Part shown: positions 34,579 through 43,806 of the stretch, in pieces
Layout: each line of letters begins with the position of its first letter
Numbering within the stretch: the stretch's first letter is position 1
Source: an uncultured Chloroflexia bacterium
Lineage (GTDB): Bacteria > Chloroflexota > Limnocylindria > Limnocylindrales > CSP1-4
NCBI GenBank assembly: GCA_963716375.1
Contig: OY970306.1
Coordinates: 1,890,676 to 1,954,675 of the forward strand
Reading direction: 5' to 3'
Length of the DNA stretch: 64,000 nt
Position numbers and translations under genes: made by a program
The notes under the pieces: generated by a model
The model's database searches: none
Told to the model about the DNA's origin: nothing
The model's input: only the letters and a program-made list of their open reading frames with translations

Positions 34579-35616
34579 TCATCTCGTGGCGGTGCCACCA
34601 AGTCGGGCCAGCAGCTCGTCGTGGAGCCGGCCGTTGGAGGCCAGCACCTCGAGACGATCGATGCGCCGCTCCCCGGCGAGATCCGTCAGACGTCCGCCGG
34701 CTTCCTCGACCAGCACCTCCGGGGCCGCCAGGTCCCAGGGATTCACGCCGATCTCGATCATGCCCTCGGCGGCGCCCTCGGCCACCAGGGCGTAGCCCCA
34801 GAAGTCGCCGAAGCCACGCTCGCGCCAGACCGACCCGAGCAGATTGCGGAACCCGGGCGCCCGGCCGCTGCGCTCGATCGACGTGCCCGAGCCGTAGAGG
34901 ATCTGGCTGTCGGCGATCGATTCGACCTGCGAGACGCGGAGCCGGCGCGGACCCTCCGACCCGGCCGCCCCGATCCCCCACGCGCCGGCGCCACGGCTCG
35001 CGTACCAGCGCTCGCGCAGGGCCGGGGCCGACAGGACCGCCGCCTGGCGCTCCCCGTCGGCCTCGACGGCCAGCAGGAGGCCGAAGAGCGGCACGCCGCG
35101 CACGAAGTTGTGCGTGCCGTCGATGGGATCGATGTACCACCGCACGGGTGCCGAGGCGCCTTCCGTGCCGTACTCCTCGCCCACGATGCCATGGTCCGGG
35201 TAGGCCGCTCCGATCCGTTCGCGAATCGCCCGTTCGATGGCCTGGTCGGCCTCGGTGACCAGCGTCCGATCGGGCTTGCTCGAGATGCGGATGTCGCGCC
35301 GGAAGCCGGCGAGCGCAATTCGATCCGCCTCGTCGGCGCAGGCCAGGGCGAAGCTCAGCCAGCCGGCCAGCTCGGATTCGCTGCGACGCCGGCGGCCGGC
35401 GCTCCAGGTCTGGCCATAGTCGGGAGTCGACGAGGTCTCGATGGGATCTCTCCGCGGCGAGGGGCAGGGACCCGGAGAAGGTAGCGGGTTCGGCGATTCC
35501 CTACACTGCCCGGGAGTCGGCCGGCCGTCGCATGGGTGATCGGCACCGCCCGAGCTCCCCCCGGTGGCCCAGCCCGAGGTGGTCGTGGACGTGCTCGAAG
35601 AACTCGATCCGATCAC
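34579..35616 (-). CDS. hisN: histidinol-phosphatase, inositol monophosphatase family (HisN-like)
   Basis: LVTEADQAIERAIRERI, WYIDPIDGTHNFVRG, GYGDFW-like GFGDFWGYALVAEG, and WDLAAPEVLVEEAGG. The only canonical in-frame start is GTG 35616, 84 codons upstream of the homologous core. Confidence 0.8.
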   Translation of the reverse strand: MIGSSSSSTSTTTSGWATGGSSGGADHPCDGRPTPGQCRESPNPLPSPGPCPSPRRDPIETSSTPDYGQTWSAGRRRRSESELAGWLSFALACADEADRIALAGFRRDIRISSKPDRTLVTEADQAIERAIRERIGAAYPDHGIVGEEYGTEGASAPVRWYIDPIDGTHNFVRGVPLFGLLLAVEADGERQAAVLSAPALRERWYASRGAGAWGIGAAGSEGPRRLRVSQVESIADSQILYGSGTSIERSGRAPGFRNLLGSVWRERGFGDFWGYALVAEGAAEGMIEIGVNPWDLAAPEVLVEEAGGRLTDLAGERRIDRLEVLASNGRLHDELLARLGGTATR

Positions 35617-36946
35617 GGACGCGCCGGTCTTCCTGCCGCCCGAACCGGATCGAGCTGCGCCTGCCGATTTGCAGGCGACGCCGGCCGATGGCGGGCGCGG
35701 TCAGACCGCCCTCGACGTCGGGCTCCCTCTCCGCGCCAATCGTGACTTCAAGATCGTCGCGGTCGGCCAGGGACTCTCCGCCATCGGCGACGGCGTGAGT
35801 CTCACGGCCATGCCACTGCTCGTGCTCGCGCTGACGGGATCTGGCGTCCAGATGGGAATCGTGGGAATCCTGGGCCATCTCCCGGATCTCCTGTTCGGGC
35901 TGCCCGCGGGCGCCCTCGCCGATCGGCTGGATCGCCGGCGGATGATGCTGGCCGCAGACCTCGCCCGGGCGATCCTGACTGCGCTCATCCCCCTGTCCGT
36001 CCTGGTCGGGATCCCGACGATGGGAGTGGTCCTGCTGGTTGCGTTCCCGATCAGCGTCGGCCGGGTCTTCTTCATGGCCGCCTGGACGGCGGCGGTCCCG
36101 AACCTCGTGGGGCGCCCCCAGATCGCGCGGGCGACCTCCATCCTCGAGGCATTCAACAGCGCCAGCTTCATCGTTGGTCCGGCCCTCGCGGGCATCCTCG
36201 TCAGCCAGATCGGGGCCGCCCAGACGCTTGCCCTGGATGCAATGTCGTTCGCGATCTCCGCGGCGAGCCTGTCGCTCGTTCACCGCTCCCTGCGATCGAG
36301 CCGCCCACCCGTCACACGACACCTGCCGGGAGAGATCCGGGAGGGCGTCGGCTACATTCGTCACCACGAGGTGCTGCGATTGGCCATCGCGCTGTTCGCG
36401 GTTGATGGCATCTGCCTGGCGCCGGTCATCTCTGCGATGACCTTCTACATCACGCTCGACCGCGGTCTCAGTCCCGCGTCGCTTGGGTTCGTCATTGCCG
36501 CCTACAGCCTGGGCTCCCTTGCCGGCGCGCTCGCCGCGGGCCGCCTCGTGCGCGACGTGGTCGGGCCTCTCCTGTTGCTGAGCAACCTGGCGTCGGGAGT
36601 CGCCATCCTGGGCCTCTCGTTCGCCGAGAGCCTCACGCCGCTGCTCCTGCTGGCCTTCGCGCTGGGCCTGGCCCAGGGCATCGTCGTGGTGGTCTATCTC
36701 ACGCTGCGCGCGAAACTGACACCCGACCAGCTCCTGGGCCGGGTCGGAAGCACGGCCCGGACGCTCTCCGGAGGCCTCCAGCCGATCGGCTTCCTGATCG
36801 GCGGTCTGCTGCTCGACCTGGTCGGTGGCGCCAGCACGCTCCTGGTGATCGCAGCCGGCATGATCGCCAGCACGGCCGCGTTCGCGCTCTCGACCGCCCT
36901 GCGCGGGGCACGGCTGGAACCGCCACTCGCTGCACCGGCCGCCTGA
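35564..36946 (+). CDS. MFS transporter (paralogue 1) with acidic N-terminal extension
   Basis: 12 TM helices and an RRRMM loop motif between TM2 and TM3. About 60-aa acidic extension VVVDVLEELDPITDAPVFLPPEP. Confidence 0.85.
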   Translation: MAQPEVVVDVLEELDPITDAPVFLPPEPDRAAPADLQATPADGGRGQTALDVGLPLRANRDFKIVAVGQGLSAIGDGVSLTAMPLLVLALTGSGVQMGIVGILGHLPDLLFGLPAGALADRLDRRRMMLAADLARAILTALIPLSVLVGIPTMGVVLLVAFPISVGRVFFMAAWTAAVPNLVGRPQIARATSILEAFNSASFIVGPALAGILVSQIGAAQTLALDAMSFAISAASLSLVHRSLRSSRPPVTRHLPGEIREGVGYIRHHEVLRLAIALFAVDGICLAPVISAMTFYITLDRGLSPASLGFVIAAYSLGSLAGALAAGRLVRDVVGPLLLLSNLASGVAILGLSFAESLTPLLLLAFALGLAQGIVVVVYLTLRAKLTPDQLLGRVGSTARTLSGGLQPIGFLIGGLLLDLVGGASTLLVIAAGMIASTAAFALSTALRGARLEPPLAAPAA

Positions 36947-36965
36947 GACTCCGAGGCCGATCGTC

Positions 36966-38378
36966 GTGGACGCGCTCGAAGAGCTGAATCCGGTCACGGA
37001 TGCACCAATTCTCCGACCGTCGGCCTTCGAACCTGCGGCGGTCCCGGAACCCGGTGAGCCGGAGCCCGGCGGGCCCACGGACGACCTGACCCGGACCGAG
37101 GACCGGGCGACGGCCGACACTGAGGACGCCCTGACCGATTCCGAGTTCGTACTGCCGCTCGGCCAGAATCGCGACTTCAAGATCGTGGCCGTCGGCCAGG
37201 GCATCTCCGCGGTCGGGGATTCGGTGAGCTTCACGGCCATGCCGCTGCTCGTCCTGGCCCTCACCGGTTCGGGCATCCAGATGGGCGTGGTCGGAGTCCT
37301 GACCCGCCTTCCCGACCTCCTGTTCGGATTGCCGGCCGGCGCCTATGCCGACCGTTGGGACCGGCGCCGGATGATGCTCGGAGCCGATCTCGGGCGGGCC
37401 GTCCTGACCGCGCTCATTCCCCTGTCGGTGCTTCTGGGCATCCCGACGATGGGCGTCGTCCTGCTCGTCGCGTTCCCGATCAACGTCTTCCGGGTCTTCT
37501 TCATGGCCGGCTGGACCGCCGCCGTTCCGAATCTCGTTGGACGGCGCCAGATCGGCCGCGCGACGTCCATCTTCGAGGCATTCCAGAGCGCCAGCTTCGT
37601 CATCGGCCCCGGCATCGCGGGGGTGCTCGTCGGCCAGATCGGGGCGGCCCAGACACTGGGCATCGACGCCGTGTCGTTTGCGATCTCGGCGTTCAGCCTC
37701 TCCTTTGTCCATCGATCGCTTCGATCGAGCCGGCGTCCCACGGAGCGGCACATCCTCACCGAGATCGGGGAAGGTGTCCGCTTCATCCGGGAGCACGCCG
37801 TGCTGCGGGTGGCGATCGGCTTCTGGACCGCGATCGGTATCTGCCAGGCGCCCCTGATCGCCGCCCTGACGTTCTTCATCACGATCGACCAGGGCCTGGG
37901 GCCTTCGGCGCTCGGGTTCGTCATCTCCTCGTTCAGCGTCGGGTCGCTGATCGGAGCCCTGGTCGCCGGCCGGCTGGTGCGCAATCGTGTCGGGCCGCTG
38001 TGGCTCCTCAGCAACGTGGTGTCGGCCTTCGTCGTGCTCGCCCTCTCGTTCACGCAGACGCTTGCGCTGATGCTCGCGCTCGCCTTCGTCGGCGGGGCCG
38101 CAGCCTCCGTGACCGCCGTGCTGTACCTCACCCTGCGGGCATCGGTATCCCCGGACGAGCTCCTGGGCCGGGTCGGCAGCACGGCGCGCACGCTGTCCAT
38201 CGGTCTCCAGCCGCTCGGCATGCTCGTCGGCGGGGTGCTGCTTGACGTCGTCGGGGGCGCGAGGACGCTCGAGGCGATCGCCGCCTCACTGCTGGGCGTG
38301 ACCCTGCTCTTCGCGTTGTCGAGGTCGCTGCGCGGAGCCCGACTGGAGCAGCGATTGAGCGCGCCCGGCCCGGCCTGA
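36966..38378 (+). CDS. MFS transporter (paralogue 2) with acidic N-terminal extension
   Basis: GTG start. Collinear with the upstream MFS along the whole length (NRDFKIVAVGQG.SA.GD.VS.TAMPLLVLALTGSG.QMG). Extension VDALEELNPVTDAPILRP. Confidence 0.85.
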   Translation: MDALEELNPVTDAPILRPSAFEPAAVPEPGEPEPGGPTDDLTRTEDRATADTEDALTDSEFVLPLGQNRDFKIVAVGQGISAVGDSVSFTAMPLLVLALTGSGIQMGVVGVLTRLPDLLFGLPAGAYADRWDRRRMMLGADLGRAVLTALIPLSVLLGIPTMGVVLLVAFPINVFRVFFMAGWTAAVPNLVGRRQIGRATSIFEAFQSASFVIGPGIAGVLVGQIGAAQTLGIDAVSFAISAFSLSFVHRSLRSSRRPTERHILTEIGEGVRFIREHAVLRVAIGFWTAIGICQAPLIAALTFFITIDQGLGPSALGFVISSFSVGSLIGALVAGRLVRNRVGPLWLLSNVVSAFVVLALSFTQTLALMLALAFVGGAAASVTAVLYLTLRASVSPDELLGRVGSTARTLSIGLQPLGMLVGGVLLDVVGGARTLEAIAASLLGVTLLFALSRSLRGARLEQRLSAPGPA

Positions 38379-38456
38379 GGGCGAGCACGCGTCCGTCGAA
38401 GCGCCGCCACCCAAACCCGTTCCCGGCCCGGCCTGCGGCCTTCTGCGACTGCCGCC

Positions 38457-40364
38457 TCAGATCTGCGCCACGGCCAGGATCCGCCGGTGCATGAGGCCCA
38501 TGAGGACGACGCAGGGCAGGATCGTCAGCAGGATCCCGGCCGCGAGGACGTGGTAGGCGGGATCCGTCGTGGTCGCCAGAAAGCGCGGCATCGTCTGCGT
38601 CGCTCGATTGCCGAGGGCGGCGGCCAGGATGAAGTCGTTCCAGACGCCGATGAAGACGAGGATGGCGGCGGCGGCGATCCCCGGGCGGGCGGCGGGCAGG
38701 GTGATGCGCAGGATCGCCCCGACGCGACCGCACCCGTCGATGCGCGCGGCCGACTCGATGGCCGGCGACACGCCGAGAAACGCCCCCCGCATCAGCCAGA
38801 CCGTCAGGGGCACCCAGTACGCGGCGTTGGCGAGGATCAGGCCGAGCACGGTGCCCTTGAGCCCGAACGCGATGAACAGGAGCAGGGTCGGGATGGCCAG
38901 GGCGATCGGCGGGATCAGCTGGGTGAAGAGGAGCAATGCCAGCAGGAGTCGCGCGCCGGGGATCCGGAAGCGCGCCAGGGGATAGGCCACGAAGGTCGCC
39001 ACGAGCAGCGCCAGGAGCGTCGCACCGATGGCGATCTCCAGGCTGACCACCAGCGCGCCCTGCCAGGCGGGACTCGCCAGGAGGTTCGTGTAGCCGTCGA
39101 AGACGAACCTCAGACCGAGTTGCGGCGGTGACTGGCGCAGGGCCGACTCGGGCTGGACGCTGGCGATCGCGAGCCAGATCATCGGCCCCACGAGCCAGAT
39201 CGCCAGAACCACGATCAGGGCCACCGGCAGGACGCGGCCGATCCCTGCGCGCAGCCGGCGGCGGTCGGTCCCGACGCCAGGAGGCTCGGGCGCCATTCGG
39301 GCCGGCGCGATCGCCGCATCGGAGGCAGCGGCCGATCTCGCCATCGCCACCGGACGCAGTCGCGCCAGGTGGTCGACAGTCGGCCTCGCCAGCTCGTCGT
39401 CGGCGACCTCGCCGGCCATCGCCGGCCGCCCGATCCGGCGATTCACGATCGCGATGAGCACGAGCCCGGCAGCGACGACCATGGCCAGCACCACGGTCAG
39501 CGCCGAACCGTAGCCGAAGCTCAGCTGGTTGATCACGTAGTCGAAGATCGCGTAGCCAGTCAGATCGCCGCCCCGCGCCGGCTGGCCGCGCGTGATCGAG
39601 AAGAAGACATCGAAGACCTGGAGCGAAAAGATCACCTGGAGCACGACGACCACCAGGAGCACGGGCCGGATGGCCGGCAGCGTCACGTAGCGGAAGACCT
39701 GGAGGTGTGACGCGCCGTCCATGCGTGCGGCCCGCTGATGGGATCGCGGCAGCCCCCGCAGCGCAGCCAGGAGCAGCACACCCAGGAGCGGGATGGAGCG
39801 CCAGACGACCGCGATCAGCGTCACGATCAGCGTCGGCACGACCGATGCGGGGACGTTCAACGGGGCGATCCCCAGCGCCCCGAGGAAGCCGGTCAGGAGA
39901 CCGTTCGGTCGATCGAACATCGACCGCCAGAAGATCCCGGAGGCGATCGGCGCGACGGCCCACGGCAGGAGCAGCAGCAGCCCGAGCCACCCCGCGCTGC
40001 GGCCGCGGCTGTTGATGAACAGCGCCGCGCCGAGGGCCAGCGGCACGGCGATGAGCGTGGCCGCGGCCGCCAGGGCCACAGTGCGCGGAATCGTGGCCAG
40101 GAAGCCGTCATCGTTCGGCAGCCGGTCCAGGAAGTTGTGAAGCCCGACGAACGTTCGCAGGTCGTCGCGCAGCAGCTCGACCCGGAACAGGCTCAGTCCC
40201 AGCACGCCGAGGACCGGGGGCAGGACGACGAAGGCCACGAGCACCAGGCCCGGCAGCATGACCAGCAGCGCGAAGCCACGGTCGCCGAGGCGATCGACAC
40301 GCCGGCCCATCGAGCGCCCCGAGCGCGCGGCACGTGGCTTGTTGGCGGCCGGAATGTCGGTCAT
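38457..40364 (-). CDS. fused carbohydrate ABC transporter permease (MalF/UgpA-like half plus MalG/UgpE-like half)
   Basis: 635 aa. First half contains AARMDGASHLQVFRYVTLPAIRP (EAA loop). Second half contains SAARIDGCGRVGAILRITLPAARPG (second EAA loop). The halves are joined by a roughly 70-aa linker. Confidence 0.85.
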   Translation of the reverse strand: MTDIPAANKPRAARSGRSMGRRVDRLGDRGFALLVMLPGLVLVAFVVLPPVLGVLGLSLFRVELLRDDLRTFVGLHNFLDRLPNDDGFLATIPRTVALAAAATLIAVPLALGAALFINSRGRSAGWLGLLLLLPWAVAPIASGIFWRSMFDRPNGLLTGFLGALGIAPLNVPASVVPTLIVTLIAVVWRSIPLLGVLLLAALRGLPRSHQRAARMDGASHLQVFRYVTLPAIRPVLLVVVVLQVIFSLQVFDVFFSITRGQPARGGDLTGYAIFDYVINQLSFGYGSALTVVLAMVVAAGLVLIAIVNRRIGRPAMAGEVADDELARPTVDHLARLRPVAMARSAAASDAAIAPARMAPEPPGVGTDRRRLRAGIGRVLPVALIVVLAIWLVGPMIWLAIASVQPESALRQSPPQLGLRFVFDGYTNLLASPAWQGALVVSLEIAIGATLLALLVATFVAYPLARFRIPGARLLLALLLFTQLIPPIALAIPTLLLFIAFGLKGTVLGLILANAAYWVPLTVWLMRGAFLGVSPAIESAARIDGCGRVGAILRITLPAARPGIAAAAILVFIGVWNDFILAAALGNRATQTMPRFLATTTDPAYHVLAAGILLTILPCVVLMGLMHRRILAVAQI

Positions 40365-40461
40365 CGGGACGTCAGTTCGCAGCTCGGACGCGAGGCCGCG
40401 GTTCTGTGCGTGCAGGCGATTCGGCCGGAACCCCCGAACGGGCTCGAATCCGCCCGGCGGC

Positions 40462-41494
40462 TCAGCCCAGCGGCATCGGCACCGCCCGACCGGTCTGGGC
40501 AGACCGGGCGATGGCCTCGACCATCTGGACGGCGCGCAGGCCGTCGTCGCCGGTCACGCCCGGCTCGCGATTCTCCGTGATGGCGTCCGCGAAGTCCTGG
40601 ACCTGGCGGGCGAAGCCGTCCCGCATGTAGCCGCTCGGGTAGCCCCAGCCTTCGTCGGCCGAGACCCAGTCGGACGAGCGGTAGACCTCGTCCCAGCCGT
40701 CCTCGCGGCTCAGCAGGACCTGGCCGTAGGCGTTGATCTCGATGATCGCCTTCGCGCCGACGATGATGTACTTGGCCCGCCCGCCGAGCACGGAATGCGG
40801 CAGCTCGTAGGTCATCCAGATGTGCGCGAAGACCCCGTTCTCGAACGTGAACTGGGCGAACGTGGTCGGCAGCACCTGCTCGGCGGGGTCGTATTTCGTC
40901 GACTGGCCGAACGCGAGGACCGGCTCGCTGCCGGCGAACCAGCGTGTCACGTCGCAGCCGTGGGAGCCCCAGTCGAGGAACGCGCCGCCCTCCTTCGGGT
41001 CCACGGCCCAGGATCCTTCGGGGAACGGCAGGCCTCCGGACAGCGCCCGCCAGACCTGGATCATCCGGACGTCGCCGATCCGGCCCTCGTCGATGAGCCG
41101 CCGCGCGACCCGGGGCGCCTCCATCCGGCGCGTGACGTGGCCGACCGTCAACTTGACGCCGGCCGCCCGGCACGCGTCGATCATCTGGCGGCATTCCGCC
41201 GTGTTGAGGCCCATCGGCTTCTCGAGGAAGACGTGCTTGCCGGCCCGCGCGGCGGCCACGGTCTCGGGCAGGTGCGCCGAGTGCGGGGTGGCGAGGACCA
41301 CCGCATCGATGTCGGGCCGGGCGATCAGCGATTCGAACGACGGCTCGTGCTCGACGCCGTACTTCGCGGCCAGGGCCGGGGCCCGCTTGCCGACGCCGAT
41401 CGCCACGAGTCGCGTGTTCTGCGTGTCCCCGGTCAGGGCGTTGGCGTAGACGCCCGCCATGAGACCCGAGCCGACGATCCCGAAGCCAACTGTC
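40462..41494 (-). CDS. Gfo/Idh/MocA family oxidoreductase
   Basis: GTG 41494 preceded by GGGGAG. TVGFGIVGSGLMAG Rossmann motif and HVFLEKPM (EKP motif). Confidence 0.88.
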
Positions 41495-41621
41495 ACCGTG
41501 GTCTCCCCTGCCCTGCCTGACGACGCGCTCACGATAGCGCCGCGACCGCGGCTTGGAGACGCGAACTCGGGGTCGGCGACATGGTGGCGCGCCCGCCGCC
41601 AGGACACTGAAGCTCGAACGG

Positions 41622-43028
41622 CTAGCGCGAGGCGCCCGCCGGCTTCAGGGCCTCCGGAGCCGACCGATGTGACTCCGTGATCCGGACGAGCCGGTCGACC
41701 ATCGGGCGACTCCCATCGACCTTCAGCTCGCGGAACAGGAAGGCGATCTTCTTCGCCTGGTCGGCCAGGATCTCGTCCTTCGTGGCGAGGTCCCACAGCT
41801 GGCGCTTGAACGGTCCGATCGCCTTCTTGCGGGTCTTGTAGAGGAACTGCTCCTCGGTGTCGCCGCTGCCGCGCTCGTCCGCGGCGTTGCTGCCGCACCA
41901 GCCGTCGATCTCGCGTTCCAGCTCGGCCGGGAACGCTGGATGGTCGAACAGCGCGTTCTGGAAGCCTGTCGCAAGGTGGATCTCGGCCGTCTCGACCATC
42001 GGGAACCGGTGGAACAGCGTGTCGGGCAGGGTGCTCGCGCCATGCTGGACGGCGCCGGCCAGGCCGCGATCGCGCGCCAGCTCGCCAAGTTCGCGGAGGA
42101 CCTCGAAGTCGAGCTTGACCGTCGCCACGCCGCCGTCGGGCAGCGGAATGCCGCCGTGGCTGGTGCCGGTCTGGACGCTCACCTTGGAGATTCCGACGAG
42201 GTTCGAGCCACGGGTGTCGAGCTCGCGGCGGTAGCCGTCGAGATAGGCCGCCAGCTCGTCGGGCGTCGAGTTCTTCTTGCCGACCTCGCCGATCTCCCCG
42301 CCGACGCTGATCTCGACGTCGGCCGGCTGGTGCTCGCGGATGAGTGCCGTCAGCTCGGCGGCCCGGCGGTAGTTCTCGTGCTGCTGCTCGTCGAGCGTCG
42401 CCTTGGACAGGTCGACCAGGGTCGAGCTGTCGATGTCGATGTTGCGATACCCGGCGGCGATCGCGTCGACGCAGGCCTTGCGGATCTCGGCCGTCATGGC
42501 CTCCGGGTCCGCCTTGTACTTGGCCGCGTTGAACTGGTAGTGGTCGCCCTGGATGAAGACGGGGCCGCGCCAGTTGGCGGCCAGGGCGCCGGCCAGGACC
42601 GAGGTCGCATAGTCGATCGGGCGCTGGTAGGTGTACGTCTGCTCGCTGCGGGCGAGCTCGAGGATCACCGCGCCGACGTCGTCCGCGGCGGCGGTCTCGT
42701 AGATGATCCTGGCCATGTCGAAGGTCTGGGCCCGGATGTTGATGGCCGGGACGGTGAACCCGTGGATCTCCCGGGCGGCGCGAGCCGCGTAGAGGTCGTG
42801 GATGCTGGCCGAGCGGGCGCCGAGGACCTGGCTCGCCTCCCAGACGATCCAGCGGGCGGCCTCGATGACCGGCTGATCCGGCGCGAAGGCGGCGGTCCAG
42901 GCGAGATCGCGCGTGGCGCGCTCGCGGAAGGCCGCTTCATCGAGGATGACCAGGGTGTCGCCGTCGACGCGGGCCATGCCGTCGAGCAGCTGGAGCAATT
43001 CGGCGACAGATCTCGCGACAGTCGGCAT
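41622..43028 (-). CDS. class II (metal-dependent) ketose-bisphosphate aldolase family protein, long form
   Basis: FTVPAINIR, IQGDHYQ, GGEIGEVG, SHGG and VQHGASTLP match class II FBA-family active-site blocks. ATG 43028 lies 9 nt after AGGAGA (a TTG at 43034 is also in frame). Confidence 0.8.
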   Translation of the reverse strand: MPTVARSVAELLQLLDGMARVDGDTLVILDEAAFRERATRDLAWTAAFAPDQPVIEAARWIVWEASQVLGARSASIHDLYAARAAREIHGFTVPAINIRAQTFDMARIIYETAAADDVGAVILELARSEQTYTYQRPIDYATSVLAGALAANWRGPVFIQGDHYQFNAAKYKADPEAMTAEIRKACVDAIAAGYRNIDIDSSTLVDLSKATLDEQQHENYRRAAELTALIREHQPADVEISVGGEIGEVGKKNSTPDELAAYLDGYRRELDTRGSNLVGISKVSVQTGTSHGGIPLPDGGVATVKLDFEVLRELGELARDRGLAGAVQHGASTLPDTLFHRFPMVETAEIHLATGFQNALFDHPAFPAELEREIDGWCGSNAADERGSGDTEEQFLYKTRKKAIGPFKRQLWDLATKDEILADQAKKIAFLFRELKVDGSRPMVDRLVRITESHRSAPEALKPAGASR

Positions 43029-43140
43029 GGTCAAGCTTCTCCTGTTCTCGTCAGGAGCTCATGGTAGTCGGAGGCTCCGAACGCCGGCGAGGGCCACTCG
43101 GCCCGATCGAGCGGGGCCGGCCCGAAATGGGATCGGCGGC

Positions 43141-43662
43141 TCAGAACTGCGGCTTGGATACCATCAGCGTAACGATGGCGATGATCAGGACGCCGAGGAT
43201 CATGCCGCCCCGTTGCAGCTTCTTGCCGGTCGCGATGAGCTCGGGTGGAGGGCCTGGAGGCGCCGCCGGCGGTCCTCCGGGTGCTGGCGGCGTGGCGCGA
43301 GCGGCCGCGGCTGCAGCCCCGGCCGCCGCCGTCAGTTCGACCATCTTCTTGGCCGCCGGCGTCTGGATGACGATCGCATAGGTCAGGGCGATGACGTAGA
43401 GGATGATCCCCGCGACCAGCCAGCGAGACGTCGGGTTCGTCAGATCCAGCTGCGCGTAGTAGATCAGGAAGGCCCCGGTGATCGGCATCGTCAGGGCGAA
43501 CGGAATCACGAGCCGGGTCTCCAGCCGCTCGCTCAGGCGCGCCGCGAAGTTCGAGTGCATCGGCTCCTTGGCCGCCATCGCGCCGATGACCGCGAACACT
43601 GCTGACGGACCGAAGGCGATGATGGCGGCAAGGACGTGCAGGACAAGGAACAGCTGCAGCAT
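43141..43662 (-). CDS. DUF2269-like membrane protein
   Basis: MLQLFLVLHVLAAIIAFGPS... plus four TM helices typical of DUF2269, with a Pro/Ala-rich loop. Confidence 0.65.
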   Translation of the reverse strand: MLQLFLVLHVLAAIIAFGPSAVFAVIGAMAAKEPMHSNFAARLSERLETRLVIPFALTMPITGAFLIYYAQLDLTNPTSRWLVAGIILYVIALTYAIVIQTPAAKKMVELTAAAGAAAAAARATPPAPGGPPAAPPGPPPELIATGKKLQRGGMILGVLIIAIVTLMVSKPQF

Positions 43663-43806
43663 GGTCCCCCTTCACGATGGCTCCGGCATCCACCCGGTCG
43701 CGCCCGACGATACCAACGCGACCGAACCCCCACAAGGCGGATTCGCACATCGCGAACGGCGGCCCGCCAGGCGGGCTCGATGCCCGCGGACGGCGCCAGG
43801 GGTGGG

